Of a stretch of 48,506 nt of DNA, positions 12,628 to 21,039 are shown in pieces (position 1 is the stretch's first letter; each line of letters starts with the position of its first letter). Location of the stretch: the UHGV virus genome UHGV-0991693. One strand, given 5' to 3'. The notes below the pieces were generated by a model. The model was given only the letters and a program-made list of their open reading frames with translations, did not search any database and was not told the origin of the DNA. A program made the translations under genes and the position numbers. Source of the DNA: a virus.

Positions 12628-12900
12628 TCAAAACATCCGGCCCACAATGGCACCGATGCAACCGCCAACTCCCGAGAGGGCGGTTATAATGGCGATGGCC
12701 GTTGTCCTGCTGCCCTGCCGCTCCCCGCGTTCCCGCGCGCACGTCTCGGCCATAACCGAGATATGATCCTCAAGATCCCGAATGCGTTTTCCATGATCGC
12801 GGAGTTGCGTGAGTATCGCGTCGTCAAGACGCTGGTTGAGCGCTTCGAGCAATGCCTCAATGCGGGAAAGCCGGGATTCATGGTCCAGTGTATGCTCCAT
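12628..12900 (-). CDS. Small coiled-coil protein with a C-terminal transmembrane anchor (lysis-associated; spanin or antiholin candidate)
   Basis: 90 aa. Hydrophobic C-terminal tail TTAIAIITALSGVGGCIGAIVG. Adjacent to the lipoprotein gene in the lysis cassette. Confidence 0.4.
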   Translation of the reverse strand: MEHTLDHESRLSRIEALLEALNQRLDDAILTQLRDHGKRIRDLEDHISVMAETCARERGERQGSRTTAIAIITALSGVGGCIGAIVGRMF

Positions 12901-13223
12901 CAGCTTCCAGCCTCAACGCCCTTGATCCACAGGAGCAAGTTCCCGGCCTCCCCAGCAGGCAGATGCACCCACTCGCCGGGCTCGGTAAACGTCTCGCCGC
13001 CGTAGCGATATGACCAGCCGTCAGTCACGACGGCCCCCGGCGTCAGCGGAGCCGGGCTTGTCGCGGCGGTCGGTTCCGCCCATCGAGCGCACCCACTCGC
13101 CGCCAACGTCATCACGAACAGCAGCGCGATCAGCCTCGCGGCGTTCGCCGTACCGTTGACGCAGCCACAGCTTGATAAGTTCAACGAGCGAGGTGAAGAA
13201 CTCAAGGACGGCCCGCACATCAC
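12900..13223 (-). CDS. Putative lipoprotein (o-spanin-like) of the lysis cassette
   Basis: Hydrophobic stretch LIALLFVMTLAASGC ending in a lipobox-like Cys. Pro-rich mature part. Its start overlaps the holin stop. Confidence 0.4.
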   Translation of the reverse strand: MMCGPSLSSSPRSLNLSSCGCVNGTANAARLIALLFVMTLAASGCARWAEPTAATSPAPLTPGAVVTDGWSYRYGGETFTEPGEWVHLPAGEAGNLLLWIKGVEAGS

Positions 13224-13510
13224 TTCCCCGTCACGGCCTTGACTTCGGCCTTCACGGTTTCGGACTTGCCGTCAGCCACGGCGCCCTTGTTCTGTCCGAA
13301 GTGCGCGGCAAGGGCGTGGGCCCAGCGGTACACGGCGGCATACAGCCCCGCCGGTTCCTTGGGGACAGGCATCCATACGGTGGCCACGGCGCACAGGCCG
13401 CACACGGTCATGACCACGCTCAGGGCGGTCACGAGCCACGCCGCATCGGGGTACTGCGCGGAAAGGCCCATCAAGGTCGAAAGGATGAAATCAATCACGG
13501 TCGCTTCCAT
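13220..13510 (-). CDS. Holin (two predicted TM helices)
   Basis: Start placed at MEATVIDFILSTLMGLSA, forming an ATGA overlap with the endolysin stop. Two hydrophobic helices and a charged C-terminus. Confidence 0.5.
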   Translation of the reverse strand: MEATVIDFILSTLMGLSAQYPDAAWLVTALSVVMTVCGLCAVATVWMPVPKEPAGLYAAVYRWAHALAAHFGQNKGAVADGKSETVKAEVKAVTGK

Positions 13511-13898
13511 CAGTACTTGCCTCCATGCTGGTAAAAGGCCACGTCGCGCGGCTTGTCGGGGTCGTTGTCCACATGGATCCACGTCGGAGCCAGCTCGACG
13601 CGCCGGAACCCGGCCTCAAGCAGGGCTTGCAGCATGACGAAACGGGAATGGGAATCCACGCAGCGGATATCCACGGCATAGCCGCGAGTGTGCGCGGAGG
13701 TGGGCATGCCACCGACCGCCTTGTTGTGCTTCGGGCAGCGGTAGGCGGAAGAAAGGGGGAACGGGATACCCGCCAGATCACGGGCCTCATCGAGCATCTG
13801 GAGCAGATCGGCGTCCATCTTCTCCATGCCCGCGCCGCACCCGCATTTGCAGCGGAACTCGAGGGGAGAGAAGTGGCGCAAGGGAAGAACAGCCATAA
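13510..13898 (-). CDS. Endolysin, peptidase M15 family (zinc D-Ala-D-Ala carboxypeptidase-like / L-alanyl-D-glutamate peptidase)
   Basis: FSPLEFRCKCGCG...SAYRCPKHNKAVGG...SAHTRGYAVDI matches Peptidase_M15 His/Asp zinc ligand motifs. Start at the internal ATG (MAVLPLRH...) with a GGAGGA RBS. Confidence 0.65.
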
Positions 13899-13945
13899 AA
13901 AATATCCTCCTGCGTCCACTCTCGCACAAGAGAATAGGGGGAGGA

Positions 13946-13962
13946 CACCGTGAACAAGGTTC
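13946..13962 (-). promoter_or_regulatory. Copy B of the 17-bp late-operon motif, upstream of the lysis operon
   Basis: CACCGTGAACAAGGTTC lies 47 nt upstream of the endolysin ATG and abuts the Mor gene stop. Confidence 0.5.
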
Positions 13963-14330
13963 TACAACAGCCGATATTGCTGCTGTGGTTCCGGGTTCCC
14001 GCAAAGCTGCTTTTTGAGCCGACGGACGTACCTGGTGGTCACGCCAAGGGCTTCGGCGATGGCGTCCGGCTTCTCCCCTGCTTCCAGACGGGACAGGATA
14101 CGTCCTTTGAACGGTTCACCACGGCGCAGGTTGGGCACGACGATCTGCATCCCCCCAAATTCGGTGCAGAGGGCCGCCATACGCTGCCGACCAAGCAACT
14201 CCAGAAGAAAACCTGTGGGCTTCCGGGGGATAAAGTATGAACGTCCACCGCACTGTGCGCAGAGGATGACCGCCCCCACGTCACCGATGGCCTCTGACAG
14301 TTCGAACTGGCTCACCCACACGTCACTCAT
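13962..14330 (-). CDS. Mor/C-family transcription activator (Mu late-gene activator C-like)
   Basis: C-terminal HTH PDAIAEALGVTTRYVRRLKK plus an upstream dimerization-like region, characteristic of the Mor family. It is positioned immediately upstream of the lysis genes, as C is in Mu. Confidence 0.65.
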   Translation of the reverse strand: MSDVWVSQFELSEAIGDVGAVILCAQCGGRSYFIPRKPTGFLLELLGRQRMAALCTEFGGMQIVVPNLRRGEPFKGRILSRLEAGEKPDAIAEALGVTTRYVRRLKKQLCGNPEPQQQYRLL

Positions 14331-14625
14331 GAGCACCAACCTTGTGTTCCCCAAGCCATAGCCGCAGTGCGGTCACAGCTACATCGAGGGCTTCGTCGCG
14401 GATACGCTCCGGAGTTTCGTGCTCAACGGCGTGTACAAGCTCACGGTACTCCCCCCCGATAACGCCGAGCGCATGGTATTTGCCCTCCGCGAAAACAGGG
14501 TGCTTCCCGCGTGCTTCCGACAGCCGCTGCATGAGTGCCGCAAGAGCCTGTTCACCAAGTATCGTGATGTCGATGTTATGCACTGGTAGCCTCCTTGTGG
14601 GCGTCAAGCTCGTCGGTATAGGCAC
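14323..14625 (-). CDS. Hypothetical protein (possibly an all-alpha MazG-like NTP pyrophosphohydrolase)
   Basis: 100 aa. Contains acidic E-x-x-E/D segments (GEYRELVHAVEHE...IRDEALDVAV). The start is uncertain. Confidence 0.3.
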   Translation of the reverse strand: MPIPTSLTPTRRLPVHNIDITILGEQALAALMQRLSEARGKHPVFAEGKYHALGVIGGEYRELVHAVEHETPERIRDEALDVAVTALRLWLGEHKVGAHE

Positions 14626-14758
14626 AGACGCCGTACCCGTGATGAGTTGCCCTGTCGCAGTCGTGGACGGGGTAGGCGTAGCGGATCATGAGGAGGCGGC
14701 TAACTCCGGTGTAGGCTGTGATGGCCTTCCAGCCGAGCAGCAATTTCCGTTCATTCAT
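14576..14758 (-). CDS. Small hypothetical protein (possible DNA-binding)
   Basis: Start at MNERKLLLGWKAITAYTGVSRL, directly after the RusA stop. Confidence 0.3.
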   Translation of the reverse strand: MNERKLLLGWKAITAYTGVSRLLMIRYAYPVHDCDRATHHGYGVCAYTDELDAHKEATSA

Positions 14759-15186
14759 TACGCTTCCTCCTGTGTGTACACGGCTACCTCCCAATGCGGG
14801 ACGGCGGCGTAGCGTTTTGAACAGCGTAGGGCCACCACCTGCTTATCATCCCTCCAGAACCCCGCGCGCGTCATGGCGTCTTTGAGCTGCTTCGCCATGT
14901 TGTCGAGGTCCGGCTTCTTCGTATGGGCGATTTCGCCGCGTAACATGGCCTCTCGTTGTTTTTTCGAGGTCGATGCAGGTATGGGCATCCCCGCGATGAA
15001 TTCGAGTACGAGCGGCCCATCTAAAGGCTTTTCCGGGGCGCGCTTCGAAAGAAGATCATCAAGCACGGCTTCCGCGCTCTTCTGCCCGGCAGACTTGTAA
15101 GCCACGCTGTGCCCACAACGGACGGTGTGCCGGACTCGGGCCTGTGCCGTGGGCGTGCAGGACAAGGTGAAGCGTAAGACCGTCAT
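14758..15186 (-). CDS. rusA: RusA-family Holliday junction resolvase
   Basis: KKPDLDNMAKQLKDAMTRAGFWRDDKQVV contains the RusA catalytic DLDN motif. Start at MTVLRF. Confidence 0.7.
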   Translation of the reverse strand: MTVLRFTLSCTPTAQARVRHTVRCGHSVAYKSAGQKSAEAVLDDLLSKRAPEKPLDGPLVLEFIAGMPIPASTSKKQREAMLRGEIAHTKKPDLDNMAKQLKDAMTRAGFWRDDKQVVALRCSKRYAAVPHWEVAVYTQEEA

Positions 15187-15602
15187 AACGCCGCCTTCCT
15201 GTTGTCCGAGGTTCTCGGCTGTTTTAAAATGCGCCACACCTGCCGTTCGGAAAGCCCGTGCAGCGTGGCGAGCCTGGCGACAAGCGCTCTTTCACTCAGC
15301 CCCTTACGAGCCAACTCGTCCCGCTCGGCGTTGATGTCCATGTCCCGTGCGCGGATCTTCGCCCGGCGCAAAGTGGGGATATAGATTCTCGTACCGCCAT
15401 AGGTGTGCAGAAAGTCGGAAAGGGCATCCTGCCCCAAGAAGGCGCACAATTCCCGAGTTAGCTGCGTCTTCCGGCTTTTGGCGGGAATAATAAGAGTTAT
15501 ACCCGCGAAGCGTTCAATCATGTGCCGGACAAAGGGCTTTCCGAAACGGTCGGACATGTCTTGCAGTGTTTCCGGCAACGATTCTTCCCTGTACGTGCTC
15601 AT
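15183..15602 (-). CDS. Second Mor-family/HTH transcription activator-like protein (middle activator candidate)
   Basis: C-terminal HTH LSERALVARLATLHGLSERQVWRILK. Start at MSTYREE. Confidence 0.45.
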   Translation of the reverse strand: MSTYREESLPETLQDMSDRFGKPFVRHMIERFAGITLIIPAKSRKTQLTRELCAFLGQDALSDFLHTYGGTRIYIPTLRRAKIRARDMDINAERDELARKGLSERALVARLATLHGLSERQVWRILKQPRTSDNRKAAL

Positions 15603-15673
15603 CACACACTCCTTTTCGTCAAACACCCCTGCACACGCTCCGGGGCCGAAGATTTCACAGTACCGTGGGCACA

Positions 15674-17083
15674 TCACAAATCGTTTTCCTGTACCGCAGG
15701 ACGTCCGGCCCATGCTTCACCCTCGGTAAACTCAGAAAAAGCTTTTTCGAAACGCAAGAACGATGCACCTGTTCCCGTGCTGCGGGATTTCCCGACGATG
15801 CATTTCACGTCTGGTCTGGCATCAGCCCTGTCCAGATCGCGGGTGTGCAGCAAAATGATGATGTCCGCGTCCTGCTCAATCGCTCCAGACTCTCTGAGAT
15901 CGGAAACACGGGGTTCCCGCTTGCCTTCTTCGCTTGAGCGGTTAAGCTGAGAAAGCAGGAGTACAGGAACTTGCAGATCAAGGGCCATTTGCTTAAAGGA
16001 ACGTGACATCTCCGCAACTTCTCGTTCTCTGCTGGTGCTTTTCTCGTCAGGATGCAAAAGCTGGAGATAGTCCACTACGATGAGCCCTAAATCCTTGATG
16101 CCCCGCGCCAGCCTGCGGACTTCGCGGGGGCACATGGGCACAGTTGACTTTTCCACGATGGACAAGGGAAGGGCTTCAAGCTGCCCTATGGCGGCGTCAA
16201 TGGCTCCACGGATCTGCGGCGTGACGCCCATCCCTTCACGGAAAAACCGTCCGTCGATACGCCCTACGCGGGAGATGAGACGATGCCCAAGGCTTTCGTC
16301 GCTCATCTCGCATGAGACAAAGAGCACACCCATTCCGCGCCATGCGGCACCCAACGCCACATTTGCGGCTAAAGCCGTCTTTCCAAGGCCGGGACGAGCG
16401 GCAACGACGATCAATTCCCCCGGCATGAATCCCCCACGCAAAACGCTGTTCAAGCTTTTCCACGGAGTCTGAACCCTGCGCAGCGATTGCGGATTATCTA
16501 GCTTTGCCCGAATGCGGCCCATGAGGTTCGACATGGTTACGGATTCCTGAATCCCTCCCGAAGCTTCAACAAGCTTGCGGGCACGGTCAGCGATGTATTC
16601 GGAGTCCACGCCGTAAACCGATGCTTCCGCAGCAATTTCGAGCAATCCGGCATGGAGTTCCGCCCGGCGATGTTCATCGGCAAGCTTTCGGGCCAAACTC
16701 TCGGCATGGCCTTTCAGCCCCCACGCGGACGTAGAAAGTTCAGCCATGCGCGCCATATCCGGGGCGGGCCAAAGTTCAGGATCTTTCGCCCAACGCGATT
16801 GCATCTGCGTTGCCAACGCGGTGAGATTGGGACGTTGACCGGACTGACGGAGCAAATCGAGAGCCACGGCAAGCGGCGCAGCTTCCGGCGTCACAAAACA
16901 ACCTGCGGGGCAGATATCGAGTACATCCCCAAGCAAATAGGCATCCCGGTTCATGCCCGAGAGAGTCGCGGCAATGACGCTGGACTCAAGCTGTGCACGG
17001 GCTTCCGAGGCCATGACGGGCTTTGGCGCAGGAGCGTTCTGCCTGCGGGCCATGATGCCGCGTTCAAGCGTCTGAACTGCCAT
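15674..17083 (-). CDS. dnaB: Replicative DNA helicase DnaB
   Basis: Walker A GELIVVAARPGLGKTALA, Walker B LIVVDYLQL, and a DnaB N-terminal domain. Start set at MAVQTLERG with a GGGAGGTG RBS. Confidence 0.85.
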   Translation of the reverse strand: MAVQTLERGIMARRQNAPAPKPVMASEARAQLESSVIAATLSGMNRDAYLLGDVLDICPAGCFVTPEAAPLAVALDLLRQSGQRPNLTALATQMQSRWAKDPELWPAPDMARMAELSTSAWGLKGHAESLARKLADEHRRAELHAGLLEIAAEASVYGVDSEYIADRARKLVEASGGIQESVTMSNLMGRIRAKLDNPQSLRRVQTPWKSLNSVLRGGFMPGELIVVAARPGLGKTALAANVALGAAWRGMGVLFVSCEMSDESLGHRLISRVGRIDGRFFREGMGVTPQIRGAIDAAIGQLEALPLSIVEKSTVPMCPREVRRLARGIKDLGLIVVDYLQLLHPDEKSTSREREVAEMSRSFKQMALDLQVPVLLLSQLNRSSEEGKREPRVSDLRESGAIEQDADIIILLHTRDLDRADARPDVKCIVGKSRSTGTGASFLRFEKAFSEFTEGEAWAGRPAVQENDL

Positions 17084-17084
17084 T

Positions 17085-17999
17085 TCAAGCCACCTCCCGA
17101 TTGTCGTACTTGCCTTCAATCACGCCCATAAATCCGCTTGGGGACATGAGCTTGTCGAAATCCACCCGGTACACTGTCCCATCTCGAAAAGCCTTTTTTC
17201 CAGTGAGAATATCAGACCGGGAAGCCCTTGCAAACAGCCGCCGAAAGTAATCCAGCCTTTCGGCGGCGGAGGTGTCCCTGTTCAGCATTCGCAGCCTCTC
17301 TCCGGCCTCTGTCCATCTGGCCTTCATTGCCCCCTTGCGCTTTGCGTTCACGATTGCAACTCGGGGATGCTCCGGGAAAGCCTCGTGATACAGGCCGACA
17401 ATGGCGTCATAGGGGCAGGCTGGCGAGGCATGGGCCTGCCGCTTTTCGCCGGGCTGGGAGGCGTCGGCGTCTTCGGCGTCGACAACTACCCCGTCAGGGG
17501 TAGTATCTTCTTCTAGGCTTGGTTTGGTTTGGTTTGGGGCATTGCTTAACGATGCGTCCAGTATGCTATTAGCATAGTGTAAGCATAGCTCACTTGAATC
17601 ATTAGCATTGCTAGTTTCATTTTTTGGCATACCGGAGGCATTCTTATTGCCCCAACGAGCATCGGCAGCCCTGCGCGCACGATCCTTTCGTTCTTCTTCT
17701 TTGCTGGCATATTCTTGATGCTCACACCAATCATGCAACGCATAAACTCCATCAGTTTCGTCTATAAACCGCAGATCCACGAGCGTCTGGCAAAATTCTC
17801 CGGGTTCCCCATCCCACTTCGCGGCAATTTCCACATCCTCGCAGTCTATTCCGCTCAACACGCCGTTTGAACGATTTTGAGCCGTCCAAATCCAAAGCCG
17901 TTGCAGGCAGATAACAGCACCAACACCAAGACGTCTCTGGAGCTTGACCGTCTTCGGGTGATCGAAAAACTCCACGGAAAGGCGGATGTCATTGTTCAT
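17085..17999 (-). CDS. Phage replication initiation protein (replisome organizer N-terminal domain plus a conserved C-terminal replication domain)
   Basis: N-terminus ...GVYALHDWCEHQEYASKEEERKDRARRAADARW is replisome-organizer-like. It is immediately upstream of dnaB. An AT-rich repeat tract lies within the gene. Confidence 0.6.
   Translation of the reverse strand: MNNDIRLSVEFFDHPKTVKLQRRLGVGAVICLQRLWIWTAQNRSNGVLSGIDCEDVEIAAKWDGEPGEFCQTLVDLRFIDETDGVYALHDWCEHQEYASKEEERKDRARRAADARWGNKNASGMPKNETSNANDSSELCLHYANSILDASLSNAPNQTKPSLEEDTTPDGVVVDAEDADASQPGEKRQAHASPACPYDAIVGLYHEAFPEHPRVAIVNAKRKGAMKARWTEAGERLRMLNRDTSAAERLDYFRRLFARASRSDILTGKKAFRDGTVYRVDFDKLMSPSGFMGVIEGKYDNREVA
17520..17650. other. Candidate origin of replication inside the replication initiator gene
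   Basis: Local GC drops to ~40%. Contains (GGTTT)x3 and repeated TTAGCATAG/TAAGCATAG/TTAGCATTG iteron-like motifs. Its position is analogous to lambda ori within gene O. Confidence 0.4.
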
Positions 18000-18156
18000 G
18001 CCTTCTCCACCTTTTCGAGGCTCGCTATCTTATCGCGCTCGACTTGAATCTTTGCATTGATAGCATCGACAATACGCGCCTTGATTCGGAATAGGCGTTC
18101 GACCTTCTTGAGCGATTCAATAATTATCGGATTGACTTTACTCTGCGATTCCATCA
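17996..18156 (-). CDS. Small coiled-coil protein of 53 aa
   Basis: Hand-translated MESQSKVNPIIIESLKKVERLFRIKARIVDAINAKIQVERDKIASLEKVEKA. GGAG RBS. ATGA overlap with the replication gene start. Confidence 0.4.
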
Positions 18157-18223
18157 TAATTACTCCGTCAGTTTAGTTGTTTTGATTTGGCCCGGTGTTC
18201 CCGCATCGGGCCTTTTCTTTTGC

Positions 18224-18460
18224 CTATGCCGATTCCTGAAACCGCTTTTGTCTGGCCTTTTCCAGATTACCCCGCATTCTCTCGCGTTGCTCTTCTGTCA
18301 TCACGCGGGGTTTCCGGTTCGGATTTTTCCCGTGGCGGTACGCGTACAGCGGGCAGTCTTTGATCTGGCATCTATCGGCCTCGCTTCTATTCCCACCCGA
18401 GCACTCAATGCACTTGGCACGGATTGCCTTAACTGGCGTAAGCGTTTTCTGTTCTTCCAT
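18224..18460 (-). CDS. Small zinc-ribbon protein
   Basis: CIECSGG...CQIKDCPLYAYRHGKN: two CxxC-type pairs. Start at MEEQKT. Confidence 0.4.
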   Translation of the reverse strand: MEEQKTLTPVKAIRAKCIECSGGNRSEADRCQIKDCPLYAYRHGKNPNRKPRVMTEEQRERMRGNLEKARQKRFQESA

Positions 18461-18655
18461 TTTCCTTCCCCCCTTCAAGTTTCACTTCAACAATGTCCGG
18501 CCTCTTCTCGCAGTACAGGCGGCAAAAGTTCACGTCTTTGATGAACCCATTTCGAGCCGTCCACGTTGGGACTCCGTATTCTTGCGACCAATCTGCGAAG
18601 CACAGGACGCGGCGCCCATCACGGTGAAGCCGACCGTGAAGGCAGGGGCCCGGCC

Positions 18656-19093
18656 CTACCAGTCCCATTCCATCCCCCCGGATCTTCTTCCGTGAAATTC
18701 GTATGAGGGAAGCCCCTCAGCGTCGGATCCTTTACGCAGCTTTTCCCAGCATTGAGGGCATCTGTAGTCAGTGATCCACCGCCCACAGCTCTTGCCGGCA
18801 ACCCCCGCGCACAGATGCTTTCCCTTGCGGGGGTCTGCCTTGGCTGCGCTTTTTTTTGCGAGATACGCTTCCCGGCTCAAGCCGCTTTGCGCTGCGCTGG
18901 CACAGATGCGGGAGCAAAAACGCGGGTTCTTGCGGTTGAGGGGATTGAACTCCTTTCCGCAGCATTCGCACTTGGCCTCTTTTTTCTGGGTGGCGGCAAT
19001 CTGGCACTCCTTCGAGCAGTACCTTGCCGAATGCTCGCGGCTGGGAGTCACCTCAAACATCCGGTCGCACTGTTGGCAAATCAGGATCGGCAT
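18656..19093 (-). CDS. Cys-rich zinc-binding protein
   Basis: Multiple CxxC pairs (CQQC, CSKEC, CECC, CSRIC, CPQC). 145 aa. Confidence 0.4.
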   Translation of the reverse strand: MPILICQQCDRMFEVTPSREHSARYCSKECQIAATQKKEAKCECCGKEFNPLNRKNPRFCSRICASAAQSGLSREAYLAKKSAAKADPRKGKHLCAGVAGKSCGRWITDYRCPQCWEKLRKGSDAEGLPSYEFHGRRSGGMEWDW

Positions 19094-19578
19094 TCTCCCT
19101 TCCTCCCTTCATGCTGCACAGCCGTCTCCGTTTCCATCAGGTCGATGATCAGGGCCCCCAACAGCTTTGCCCGCACCTTCTGCGGCGCATTCCTACGTAT
19201 GGCCCTTTGCAGGTCTGCAAGACGCTCCACATCATCGAGCTGTTCGCCTTCCACGCCCTTGTCAGGTTCCGCACACATCGGAAGAAGCGAAAATCCGAGA
19301 TCCGCCGCAAGAAGCTGGAGGGCGGACACGTCGCCCGTCTGATGCATGATGAACGCGGCCTGTTCCAGCCCGAGCTTGACGGACGTACGATCGGCGTAGG
19401 GATTGAGGACATTGCCGAGACTCGACGGAGCCATATCCATTTCCGCCGCCATTGCCCGGACGCCGCCGGGATACTTCTTCACCGCCGTCTGTACGGCTTC
19501 GATAACGTGTTCAAGTGTGGGGATTGTCATCATTTCACCGTTCATCCTGTTTGTGTGCCGCCCTATTCTGGAGGGCAT
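19081..19578 (-). CDS. CII-like phage regulatory protein (CP76/CII family)
   Basis: TLEHVIEAVQTAVKKYPGGVRAMAAEMDMAPSSLGNVLNPYADRTSVKLGLEQAAFIMHQTGDVSALQLLAADLG resembles the CII-family HTH region. It sits between cro and the replication genes. The start may be the internal MNGEMM or MMTIP. Confidence 0.45.
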   Translation of the reverse strand: MPSRIGRHTNRMNGEMMTIPTLEHVIEAVQTAVKKYPGGVRAMAAEMDMAPSSLGNVLNPYADRTSVKLGLEQAAFIMHQTGDVSALQLLAADLGFSLLPMCAEPDKGVEGEQLDDVERLADLQRAIRRNAPQKVRAKLLGALIIDLMETETAVQHEGRKGECRS

Positions 19579-19790
19579 GGAACTTGTTCACCTACTCCTC
19601 ACCCTGCGCGGCCCCGTGTGGCGCATCCGCATCCTGATCCATGGGGATCCCCGGATACGCTGGCGGGCGTATCGCGTCGCGGAGTACCCGACGCCCGAGG
19701 CCGTGGTCCGGCGGTGCGCAGAGGGGCTAGTCACGGTCAAGCCAGAAAATAAACCCCATGAGGGCGAAGAAGGCCACCTTCACGGCGACA

Positions 19791-20036
19791 TCAGGCCAGT
19801 CCATGATTCACCTCTTCGGGTTCGCTGGGAGTGCTGGGGGCGGCTGGAGGCCATAGGTCGGGCCTGAGCTCGGAACGGGGAATGCCCAAAATGCTCTCGT
19901 AAAGTAGCGCAGAGCGTACGCCAACATTCCTATCACCTTTATATTGTTTATAAATAGTTTGATATGGTGCACCAAGCCGTGCGGCTAGGGCACACGTTAG
20001 GCCGCGCCTTTCAAATGCTTCTTTCAGGTTATTCAT
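19791..20036 (-). CDS. cro: Cro-like HTH repressor
   Basis: 81 aa. HTH LTCALAARLGAPYQTIYKQYKG. Divergent from the CI repressor gene. Confidence 0.6.
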   Translation of the reverse strand: MNNLKEAFERRGLTCALAARLGAPYQTIYKQYKGDRNVGVRSALLYESILGIPRSELRPDLWPPAAPSTPSEPEEVNHGLA

Positions 20037-20098
20037 AAAACTATTTTATACAATAGTAAACAATATTGCAATACTTTATACTTATGCAGATTTGACAA
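20037..20098. promoter_or_regulatory. Divergent immunity-region promoter/operator (OR-like)
   Basis: 62-bp AT-rich intergenic region between cro and cI containing ACAAT half-site repeats and the palindrome CAATATTG. Confidence 0.5.
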
Positions 20099-20875
20099 AT
20101 GTATAAAAATCATGTTTTAAATAACACTATGAAATCTCTACTTGATTCTGCTCTGGCTGTGATTCAGGGCTACATTGAAAAAAATCACGATGGGAATGTG
20201 GCTTCAGCGGCTAGGTCGCTCGATGTTAGCGTTCCCACTCTTCACACTTGGCTGAAAGGCACTAGGATACCTAGTTTTAGTAAAATGGCTCCTTTATTAG
20301 AAAAAATAGGTGCATATATTGTCAGCCCTGATGAAAAAGACATATCTCGAGAAGTCTGTTTCGTTGATGCTAAGGTAGCCCCAGCCGGAGAAGACCTTCC
20401 CCCTCCCCCGGATGAAGATTATCTTGCTGTCCCTCTGGTCGAAGAGGTCGGGGCTGGACCCGGTATCATTCCACAAGGACAACTTATCTCATGGTTCCTT
20501 GTCTGGCGTCATCAACGAGCAATTCAACATAAACGCGACCTTATCGCCGTTATGCTCGGTAAGCACTCCACATCTATGGTTCCCACGCTCAAGCCACAAG
20601 ACATTGTGCTTGTAGACCGACAAGATAAAGACGTGATGAACTTCAAAGGTAGGATCATGCTTGTCCTCGATCCTTTCGACGGTAGCGGGAAAATCAAGCG
20701 TGTAGCGGCAGAAAACCAGCCGAAAAAGCGCGACTATCGCATCACCTACTATTCGGATAACGCCGCCGAGAATCCCCCCGAGGTCTACAGCCTTATGGAA
20801 GACTTCGATGGCGACTGGAACAAGTCCATCGTCGGGCGCGTCGTATGGGCGTGGAGTGACGTGAGCTGCAAATAG
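20099..20875 (+). CDS. cI: CI-like repressor: N-terminal HTH plus C-terminal S24 (LexA-like) autopeptidase domain
   Basis: HTH VASAARSLDVSVPTLHTWLKG. S24 motifs GKHSTSMVPTL (Ser) and KGRIMLV...SGKIKRV (Lys). Confidence 0.7.
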   Translation: MYKNHVLNNTMKSLLDSALAVIQGYIEKNHDGNVASAARSLDVSVPTLHTWLKGTRIPSFSKMAPLLEKIGAYIVSPDEKDISREVCFVDAKVAPAGEDLPPPPDEDYLAVPLVEEVGAGPGIIPQGQLISWFLVWRHQRAIQHKRDLIAVMLGKHSTSMVPTLKPQDIVLVDRQDKDVMNFKGRIMLVLDPFDGSGKIKRVAAENQPKKRDYRITYYSDNAAENPPEVYSLMEDFDGDWNKSIVGRVVWAWSDVSCK

Positions 20876-20973
20876 CTCCCTATGAGTACATAGAAACCGC
20901 CCTCACCGTATTTAGCCGTCCACATCGCTATAATAGGCAAGCCGTTAGCTAAGATATCTTCCATCATTCCTCC

Positions 20974-20999
20974 GGCCCCTCCCATGAAGGGCTTTTTTT
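20974..20999 (+). terminator. Terminator after cI
   Basis: GGCCCCTCCCATGAAGGGC followed by TTTTTTT. Confidence 0.45.
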
Positions 21000-21039
21000 G
21001 TGGCCGCCAAGCGTGACCGCCGATGCCTTCATGGTGTCG

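Noticed and set aside
19403-19867. Plus-strand 154-aa ORF spanning the cII-cro gap
   Set aside because: Overlaps both cII and cro antisense, has GC-rich low-complexity composition and no RBS. The gap is more likely regulatory.
20785-20985. Minus-strand 66-aa ORF antisense to the 3' end of cI with a GGAGG-like sequence
   Set aside because: Overlaps cI coding sequence and its terminator, with no supporting context. Probably fortuitous.
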